Below are positions 57,053 through 64,000 of a DNA stretch of 64,000 nucleotides, in pieces; the first letter of the stretch is position 1, and the number at the start of each line of letters is the position of its first letter. Both the position numbers and the translations under genes were made by a program. The notes beneath the pieces were generated by a model. It was not told the origin of the DNA, did no database searches, and worked only from the letters and a program-made list of their open reading frames with translations. Origin of the DNA: a virus; the IMG/VR virus record IMGVR_UViG_3300009537_000002, positions 23,821 through 87,820 of that record; one strand, 5' to 3'.

Positions 57053-57077
57053 AAAAGAAAGGGGAGCTACGCTCCCC
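57053..57077 (-). terminator. Intrinsic terminator after the major capsid gene
   Basis: GGGGAGC-GUA-GCUCCCC-UUUCUUUU. Confidence 0.8.
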
Positions 57078-57106
57078 CTTCGGTTATCCTATTACAGTGG
57101 TACTCC

Positions 57107-58354
57107 TTAGAGTACGGTGTCAGTTGGACCAATGGAAGCAATGCCACCAGAGACATCAATGCGAGCCTGAGCTGGCAGAGTGATCTCATTTGGTACAACG
57201 TGTACGTTCTTCAGGGTTGCGATAGCCTTACCTTCGTTAAGGATACCAAGACCATACCTCTCGCGAAGCTTGATCTTCCTGATGTCTACACGTGGGTCGT
57301 CAAACTCTTCAGTTGTCACTTCCTCATCAACGATGAGAACGCCCAACTCGGAGCTATCAAACATGTAGATGTCAGTCAGCTTACGACGTGGATCGTAAGG
57401 AACGAACGGACTGACAATGATCCTGAACGGAACGTTCAGGTAATTCGGCAGCACTGGTGCGGAATTGATTGTCTGTGGGAAGCCCAGGAGCGGCGTCGGA
57501 TCGAGGCCATGCGGGGATGTTGCTCCCGTGCTGGTCTCGCCCGGCGTAATATCCTGGCCACTAGACACGCCCATGCCACCCTGAGAGCTGTTATCCCACG
57601 GAGCACGCCCCGCTGGATTTCCAGTCCAGGTAGCGAAGAACGTTCCACCACCATTCTGCAGAACAAAGGAACGCAGAGTTGCGTCCTTAACAAACATGAC
57701 CCACGTTAGTGGATGCATGAGTAGAGTGTTAGGGAAGAAACCCTGGGTGATGATCTGCGCATATGCGTCGAAGATATCATCCATTGTCACGGAACCGTTA
57801 CCGGCACCTGACAGGTCACGTCCTGTAGTAACACCCTTCAACGACGCGGTCGGTGTGACGTTGTCGAAGCAAGGAACACCCATTGCACGAATGAGGTTAA
57901 AGATCTTAACCTCCTTGTGTCGGGCCAATGCACGGCCAGCAGCACGTAGATGCATACCAATTACGTCAAACTGTGAGTAACGAATCATTTCATCCGTTAC
58001 CTTCACAGCCACACCAGACTTTCCGATGTTAGCCGTAACGGTTGATCCACCCATCTGCAGGCTGCGCTCTGGGTATTCCTGACCTTCTGCAATGTCAGCA
58101 GCTACCAGAGCACCAACAGCTGGGAAGGTGATCGTCTGACCGAAAGAGAAATTAATCCTTTGCAGTAGACTAGTACCAACGAGAAGGGGCTCTTGAGCTT
58201 CCTTCACGATGTTACTGATCACCTTTGGCATCAGCATAGGCGCATTAGGCACCGAGAGGGCATCCTTTAGGCTGATCCTATTGCCATCAACGAACTTCCC
58301 GTTATTTCTCCAAAGAAATTCGAGTTGGTTGGCATCTTTGATCTCAAAATCCAT
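57107..58354 (-). CDS. Major capsid protein (HK97 fold)
   Basis: 415 aa after protease and accessory genes. AADIAEGQEYPE...KSGVAVKVTDEMIRYSQFDVI...IKLRERYGLGILN; strong RBS and terminator. Confidence 0.9.
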   Translation of the reverse strand: MDFEIKDANQLEFLWRNNGKFVDGNRISLKDALSVPNAPMLMPKVISNIVKEAQEPLLVGTSLLQRINFSFGQTITFPAVGALVAADIAEGQEYPERSLQMGGSTVTANIGKSGVAVKVTDEMIRYSQFDVIGMHLRAAGRALARHKEVKIFNLIRAMGVPCFDNVTPTASLKGVTTGRDLSGAGNGSVTMDDIFDAYAQIITQGFFPNTLLMHPLTWVMFVKDATLRSFVLQNGGGTFFATWTGNPAGRAPWDNSSQGGMGVSSGQDITPGETSTGATSPHGLDPTPLLGFPQTINSAPVLPNYLNVPFRIIVSPFVPYDPRRKLTDIYMFDSSELGVLIVDEEVTTEEFDDPRVDIRKIKLRERYGLGILNEGKAIATLKNVHVVPNEITLPAQARIDVSGGIASIGPTDTVL

Positions 58355-58374
58355 TACTGGAATACCTCCTCTGA

Positions 58375-59586
58375 TTACCTGCTCACCAGGTTGATTCTCA
58401 CTACGAGATTTGCTGCACCAGCGTAGTGAACCTTATCGGTTGCACCACCACTTGCAGAACCAGGCATCTGATCGAGCTGTCCGGCATAGCCAGGCAGACC
58501 GCCAGCTGCGTCAGTCGCAATTGGAGGGTTATACGCGGTACGCACTCTAGCCAAGGCATCCTTGTCTAGAGTATCCTCTACCTCGAGTACCTGACCCATG
58601 ATGTCCTTAAAGTCCTCAGTGGTCGCTACTGCGAAGTTAGAGTTTGCATCGCACAAGACGAAATCGCCACACTGCAGATTACCAACCGCCGAAGCGAACT
58701 TGGAAACTGAAGCTGGTGCGGATGCATAGTGGCTGTAGCTTACGGAGTAAGCTGTCGCGCCACCGCCTGGATCAGAAGCTGCCCAGGTAGAAACCAAACC
58801 TGTGTCTAGGTCAACATACCAGTCACCCAACTGCTTAACATCAGCTAGCGCATCTACTTCACGCACGAAGCGAGTAGCAGAATCAGTTAGCGTATTGTCA
58901 GCAAATGTCATTGGGGTCCTGACAGTATTCTTAGCTGCAGGTAGGTTGTCTAGTGGTCCAAAAACCGCGACGTTGCTAGCAAAGCTATCGTTCTCGAGGT
59001 CTTCGGATGCTGCCGAAGCAGGTACTAGAGGCAATTCCAGGACATAGTCACAGAGAATTGCGGTCTGGTGCTGTAGGTTGTGATTGTGCTGCCTGAATCC
59101 AGCCGGGTTAAACCCGTCATCAAATGCAGAGCTATCACCTGCCCACTGCCAGTAAGCGTATGGGGCTACGCCAATTGGATCGGATACTGCCATTGCAACA
59201 CCTGCGCGGCCCAGGAATCCTGGAGTACCGTCAACGGTAGAAACAGCGAAAGTACCTTCATCTGCAGTGAGTAGTGGGGCACCAGTACGAACGTCGATGA
59301 CGCCTGCTTCCGTATCTTGGGACGTGTAGGTGATATCTGCACCTGCTAGTCCATACTGAGCCGGAACAATGCGTCCGTCGTTATCACAAGCCAAAATCTT
59401 TCCTGGCATAATGACAAAGAACTCTTCATAGAACTTGTCAAAGAACTGAACGGGAAGCCACGCAGCCGGCTTGAACTCACCATGCGGACGAATACCCTCT
59501 GAGTGTTCGACCACAGGGATCATATTGCCTACGTGATCCCACGTCTTGTGGTTCGGTGTGTAACGACCAAGACTATCAAAAGCCAT
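58375..59586 (-). CDS. Capsid accessory / head decoration protein
   Basis: 403 aa between the scaffold and capsid genes, the usual slot for a decoration protein. Confidence 0.6.
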   Translation of the reverse strand: MAFDSLGRYTPNHKTWDHVGNMIPVVEHSEGIRPHGEFKPAAWLPVQFFDKFYEEFFVIMPGKILACDNDGRIVPAQYGLAGADITYTSQDTEAGVIDVRTGAPLLTADEGTFAVSTVDGTPGFLGRAGVAMAVSDPIGVAPYAYWQWAGDSSAFDDGFNPAGFRQHNHNLQHQTAILCDYVLELPLVPASAASEDLENDSFASNVAVFGPLDNLPAAKNTVRTPMTFADNTLTDSATRFVREVDALADVKQLGDWYVDLDTGLVSTWAASDPGGGATAYSVSYSHYASAPASVSKFASAVGNLQCGDFVLCDANSNFAVATTEDFKDIMGQVLEVEDTLDKDALARVRTAYNPPIATDAAGGLPGYAGQLDQMPGSASGGATDKVHYAGAANLVVRINLVSR

Positions 59587-61886
59587 TAGTTACTTCCTCC
59601 TTGAATTTGCTCGCCGTCAAGAGGCAACTTTCCGATTCGCCTCATGTTAGCAAGGTAGGCCTCGGCTGCAGTTTCATTTCTGAATCTCAGGGTCATGTAA
59701 TGCTCCTGAATTTTCTGAAGTTCTTCTACAGACGCTACGTTACTCTTCTGGTTGGAACCGTCTTGAACGCCGGTTGGATCGTCTAGATCGAGATCGGTTG
59801 GTGTTCTTGACATTCCATCACCCAGCTTATCAGTAATCTTGACCATGTCAACAACTTCAAGAGTTCTCTTGATTTCGGAGTCAAGGTCATCACCACTTAG
59901 CTCGGTGAGGTCGGAAGATTCGGCAACCTTTTCGTCACGTAGAGCCACGAGCATTCCCAGCTGTGCCTCTTTGGCCTTCCTGGTCTCTGATTTCTCTGTA
60001 ACGAGAGAATCGTGAAGCTCTTCATACTCTTGGAAGAGAATGTTGTGCTCCTTCAGAGATGCATCTAGTCTATCACGAAGCTCACCTACGGTCTCTTCGA
60101 GAGAGGTTACTTCTTCAACTAGAGCCGATTCATCCTTGGCAACACCCTCTTCAAAGAGAGCTGCCTGGAAGCTGTCCTTGCCGACGAATCCAGCCATGCG
60201 CTTGATAATCGTCTGGAGCATCTTCTTCTCGTCATCATCGAGTACAGACTCGTTGGAGAAGTAAGTGTCCTCGTCAAGAACAGATAGCACCATGCGAAGC
60301 ATGCGGCTGTGATTCAAGTCCTCTTGAATCTGGCCAACTTGCACATCGGTGCTGTCAGCAGACTTGCTGCTGCCACAACCCATAGACTTTGCCTTGCGGT
60401 TGACACATGCCATGATGGACTTCTTGGTAGAAGCACCAGCCTTGGCACGACCAATTAGTCTACGTGCTGCGGTAACGTGAGCACAGTCTGGTACCGGGAA
60501 GGAACGACCTGGGCCACAGAAAGAAGACTTTGGCAGCTTCTTTCTCTTTTCAGTAGAAAGCTTAGCATCCGCCAGAGTCTCTTCATCTAGTGGCAATTCG
60601 CCATCCTTAACGGCAGCCTCGACTTCTGCCCACATGAAATCATAAAGCTTCTGCTCTTCTTCAACAGATAGCTCAATGTCTTCGGAATCAAGTACGCGGA
60701 CAACAAAATCCTCGATAGACTCTTCGCCTTCCGTGGTTACATCATCCTGAACTGACTCATCACCCTGAGTCTCATCAGACACCTGGGTGGTGTCGTCAGT
60801 GTTATCAGAGGCGGAATCAGCTACCTGCTCAGCCCCTTCAGTCTTTACTTCGGGAGCAGGAGTAGTAGCGTCCTTGATTTCCAAGTTGCCTTCGGTGTTT
60901 TCTACACCTTCGGTCTTCTTGGCATCCTTAGGATCCATTCCTATTTCCTCCTTGGTTGCAGAATCATACTGAGGAAAGCCGAGTTGCACCTCATAGAGTC
61001 TGCCCTTGTAATCATTGACTACTTCGATTGTTTCAGATCGACCATTGTAGTCTAGCTGTAAAACCCTGGAATGTCTATCGGCTGGGACGTTTACGAATGA
61101 GTATTCATCGTAGATTAGATCACCAGCAATGATGAAACACTTTGCTTCATCATAGACCGCGCCGGGCTTGTGTTCACAGGGGCCAGAATCGGTCCAGTCG
61201 GTACGACAAACGGAACACACGGCCTTGTTGGTTGTTGCACCAACTGAGCCAGTGATGTATCGACCATCGAGCAACTTCTGAACAGCGCCTGGATCTGTGA
61301 TGTTGGCAAGAAGTCTGATATACCCCAAGCCTTGGTAGCCCTGGTCCTCCAGGACAGTGTCACGTAGCAACGTTCTGACAACATCAACCTGTTGTCCAAA
61401 AGGCATCTTGCTAGACGTGAAATCTTGAATGAGCTGGTCGTTGATAGTGCCAACTACCTTGCCAGCCTTGTTTTTGACCTCCAAACCACGGTACTTGTCC
61501 TGAATCAAACCGGACGTGTCCACATACTGTGCATCAACGATTCGACCAACAGGATCTTTATGATCTTCGTGGTGGAGCAGAACTGGCTTTGGGTAATCCT
61601 TCGTGAAGGTTGCCGCGCCTTTCCTCATCCTGTCAGGAAGATAGAAGCCATTGTTGCGAGTAATGATGCCAGAGTGAGTAGCAGCAATCTGAATCGTCAG
61701 GCCTTGCTGGGTTCCAACACCTACCTGCGCCTGATTGCCAGTGTGAACTTGACCCATCCCACTTGGATGAGTCTGACCGGGAACTTGTGGTTTGAAGGCA
61801 CCTTCGTAATCATCCTGCACTTTGGACCAATTTTGGTCCATGTATGAGAACGATACAAGATCAGTGATTTTTAGTGTACCTGCCAC
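59586..61886 (-). CDS. Prohead protease-scaffold fusion
   Basis: Protease-like motifs KPVLLHHEDHKDPVGRI and GRYITGSVG...CSVC...CEH...EYSFVNVPAD, followed by an acidic linker and C-terminal coiled coil. Confidence 0.8.
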   Translation of the reverse strand: MAGTLKITDLVSFSYMDQNWSKVQDDYEGAFKPQVPGQTHPSGMGQVHTGNQAQVGVGTQQGLTIQIAATHSGIITRNNGFYLPDRMRKGAATFTKDYPKPVLLHHEDHKDPVGRIVDAQYVDTSGLIQDKYRGLEVKNKAGKVVGTINDQLIQDFTSSKMPFGQQVDVVRTLLRDTVLEDQGYQGLGYIRLLANITDPGAVQKLLDGRYITGSVGATTNKAVCSVCRTDWTDSGPCEHKPGAVYDEAKCFIIAGDLIYDEYSFVNVPADRHSRVLQLDYNGRSETIEVVNDYKGRLYEVQLGFPQYDSATKEEIGMDPKDAKKTEGVENTEGNLEIKDATTPAPEVKTEGAEQVADSASDNTDDTTQVSDETQGDESVQDDVTTEGEESIEDFVVRVLDSEDIELSVEEEQKLYDFMWAEVEAAVKDGELPLDEETLADAKLSTEKRKKLPKSSFCGPGRSFPVPDCAHVTAARRLIGRAKAGASTKKSIMACVNRKAKSMGCGSSKSADSTDVQVGQIQEDLNHSRMLRMVLSVLDEDTYFSNESVLDDDEKKMLQTIIKRMAGFVGKDSFQAALFEEGVAKDESALVEEVTSLEETVGELRDRLDASLKEHNILFQEYEELHDSLVTEKSETRKAKEAQLGMLVALRDEKVAESSDLTELSGDDLDSEIKRTLEVVDMVKITDKLGDGMSRTPTDLDLDDPTGVQDGSNQKSNVASVEELQKIQEHYMTLRFRNETAAEAYLANMRRIGKLPLDGEQIQGGSN

Positions 61887-62507
61887 TTACTTCCCCTTGC
61901 GTCGTGCATTAGACCATAGTTTACACTTTCTTTCATGGCGTGGACCTTGATTTTGGTAATACATTAATTCGCCAAGCTTTACGGAGTCATAATGCGCGTA
62001 TTGAATTTTGCCAGCATTTCCTGCTGGATGAACCGTTCGTTTTGGAAAACCCCACTGTTCTAGTTCACGTGACAGCTGAGTTACAAATGGAACGGAGCCA
62101 ATAATTTGTGATCTTAATGTTTTGTTTGTTCTCAAAGGATTCTTCTGATTCCAGAAAGACCCATCTCCATCAAAATATCCACGAACAAAATCTGGAAATA
62201 CGTGAGGGTCAATGTGGGGTAACTCAAGCGTCAAACTTTTTTTATTGCGGATTCCAAGAAATCGCAAATTTCGCACCCATTGTTCGGAAAAAATATCCAT
62301 CCGACATGTATTCTCTTTTGTTTTGTGAATATTACCCTCAAAGTCAGAAATGTCTTTAACCTGTTTCAAAAGATGATCATCTGCCATGTGAAAAGACACA
62401 GCATGACGATTCTTTAATATGTAACCATCTGCACTAATCAATCCAACCAGCCATGCGGCCTCAGGAGACATGTTTTGCAAAAAGTTGTGATTAACTTTAC
62501 TTCCCAT
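61887..62507 (-). mobile_element. Double-motif LAGLIDADG homing endonuclease
   Basis: WLVGLISADG and FVRGYFDGDG; AT-rich (20/60 GC in line 62281); likely ATG at 62507 overlapping the upstream stop. Confidence 0.88.
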
Positions 62508-64000
62508 TTTTCTTACTCCGACTTTGACAAATTGCAAACGCACGTGATTTTATTTTGTCTTCGGACATACCTGGATTTCGCTTACGTAGAGATTTCTTGA
62601 CCCCAAGTACGCATTCTTCCAGTGTAGCATCCTCTACATCTGTGTCATCTATCAAATCGAGAGCATCATCGAGCAGCATGTCTAACAGATGAGAACAAAC
62701 AGCCTCAGCCGTGGACTTCACAGTATCTTCAGTCCAATCAGGGTGTCGAGCTCGAAGACGAGCTTCTGACTTCACCCTGCATTTAACGAACTCACTCTGC
62801 TCGGTATCTTCTACTTCCTTTGGAGCTTCTTCTGGTTCCTCAACCTCTGCTTGCACAGTTTGGAACGAGTGGCGGCAAGCCCTGCAATTAAAGATGTTTG
62901 GAGTGTCTTTCTTCTTAATAGCAGTTTTACCACATTTCGGGCAAGTTGCCACGTCATTAGACTGCTCTAGTAATGGCTTGTCTGCATCACCCTCTACGGT
63001 GGTAGTTTCTGTCACCGCATCCTGAAATGGTAAAGCCTGCTGTACAATATCTAGAACACAGTTGCAGTTCGCATGGTGAGGAGGGAGGTGGTCAACAGTC
63101 AGAAACTGGAGGTTTATACCCCTGCCGTTCCTACTGGAACAAGTCGCACATGCATCATCTTTAGTGGTGAAGCTAGCCACAGAACTAGCCACATTGGCAT
63201 CTCTAGTTGCCATTGCTTTACCCAGAGATGCTGCTTTGCGCACCTCCACATCCTCGATAAATCCAGTCCTGAACTCTACAGACTCAAACACCGCTCGAGT
63301 CTTTGCGACGATGTCTTCGGAGTCCACCTTCACATTCCTTCGAAGTGAAGAGACGACGTTCTCAGTGAGCTTAGTTACAAAGTGCTCTGCTCGTTCACGG
63401 AGCTGTAGTCTCGCAGCGGCTGTGCTGGAGATGAACTCTTGTGTTTCAACGCTTCTGACTCTTGAATATCCTTTGCGAAACGCCACAAGCTGGTCTGCAA
63501 GAAGTCGGCCAATTGCAGTATTGAGTTGAGTCCTAACAAGAGTGGCGACCCAATCATGGTCGATGGTTTGATCGTTGGCGACACGCTTGACGATGTCTTT
63601 CTTGGTCTGAGCAAACGTGCTCTTGAGGAATCCGTCCTTCCTGGCTGGACGCGGAGTGGCCTTAGCAACAGCGACCTTAGCCTTAGTCTTCTCTTTCTCA
63701 AGGTTAACCTCCTGCTCGTTCTGTTGGTCACCAGCCTGCTGGTTACCTTGCTCTGTCATAGGCAAAGAGCTATCTGCGGCTGTGGCTTGTGCAATTGGAG
63801 AGAACGGCTCGTCGAGAGCCTGAATGAGTAGCTTGGGCATCTCAAACATCTTCCAGCGGCTCTTATGCCATTGTGCAAACTGTTCAGGTGTGTCTTGACC
63901 GCTTTGTACTTCCTCTGGAGTTGGAATGATCCATGGCTCGAGACCAAGTCTTGCTCGAGCCTCATCCTGTTCAATGATATCCTTGGCAAACAGGTCGGCG
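62497..64000 (-). CDS. Portal protein C-terminus fused to a Mu gpF-like head morphogenesis domain (5' truncated by the window)
   Basis: Frame is open from 63999: ADLFAKDIIEQDEARARLGLEP (portal-like), continuing into HLPPHHANCNC (gpF-like) and CPKC...CRAC. Confidence 0.7.
   Translation of the reverse strand, partial: ADLFAKDIIEQDEARARLGLEPWIIPTPEEVQSGQDTPEQFAQWHKSRWKMFEMPKLLIQALDEPFSPIAQATAADSSLPMTEQGNQQAGDQQNEQEVNLEKEKTKAKVAVAKATPRPARKDGFLKSTFAQTKKDIVKRVANDQTIDHDWVATLVRTQLNTAIGRLLADQLVAFRKGYSRVRSVETQEFISSTAAARLQLRERAEHFVTKLTENVVSSLRRNVKVDSEDIVAKTRAVFESVEFRTGFIEDVEVRKAASLGKAMATRDANVASSVASFTTKDDACATCSSRNGRGINLQFLTVDHLPPHHANCNCVLDIVQQALPFQDAVTETTTVEGDADKPLLEQSNDVATCPKCGKTAIKKKDTPNIFNCRACRHSFQTVQAEVEEPEEAPKEVEDTEQSEFVKCRVKSEARLRARHPDWTEDTVKSTAEAVCSHLLDMLLDDALDLIDDTDVEDATLEECVLGVKKSLRKRNPGMSEDKIKSRAFAICQSRSKKNGK

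Noticed and set aside
56945-57709. 254 aa plus-strand ORF (also 49828..50556, 4568..5197, 10488..11111, 32995..33600)
   Set aside because: These are antisense shadows of well-supported minus-strand genes, with no RBS or recognisable motifs.
63756-63989. 77 aa minus-strand ORF
   Set aside because: It is an off-frame shadow of the open portal reading frame.
1-64000. Alternative genetic code, tRNA or rRNA genes
   Set aside because: Standard-code ORFs tile the strand almost without gaps and end in TAA, TAG or TGA. No intergenic space or cloverleaf was recognised.
1-64000. Contractile injection system (eCIS/tailocin) or host taxon assignment
   Set aside because: Portal, protease and capsid genes show a true phage. 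The sequence alone does not support naming a host or phage family.

Overview
The window is the virion-morphogenesis operon of a large contractile-tailed phage (large or jumbo myovirus). All credible genes are on the minus strand, tightly packed, with AGGAGG-type ribosome-binding sites and TAATG overlaps. In reading direction (right to left) it holds: the 3' part of a portal gene apparently fused to a gpF-like head-morphogenesis domain, a LAGLIDADG endonuclease, prohead protease/scaffold, a capsid accessory protein, the major capsid protein and a deleted HNH remnant. Next come an ~11 kb mosaic cassette of fibre/appendage genes, neck genes, sheath, three tail-tube paralogs, an HNH endonuclease and two tail chaperones. 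Two giant cysteine-free proteins occupy the tape-measure position, followed by a hub-M23 peptidase fusion, spike, gp25-like and baseplate J-like genes, and distal baseplate/fibre genes. The main discovery is that the second cysteine-free protein (27083..31474) carries, in the correct order, the motifs of a single-chain two-barrel RNA polymerase: two beta-type lysines, a beta'-type RxP, a DxDxD triad (here DKDAD) and a Q-x6-H trigger loop. This points to a tail-packaged, injected virion RNA polymerase in a myovirus. Secondary observations: all three mobile endonucleases are flanked by duplicated host sequence (one a synonymously recoded 12-codon gene end), and two Ig/FN3 domains appear split between separate genes. 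All family assignments come from motif recognition by eye; no database searches were run.
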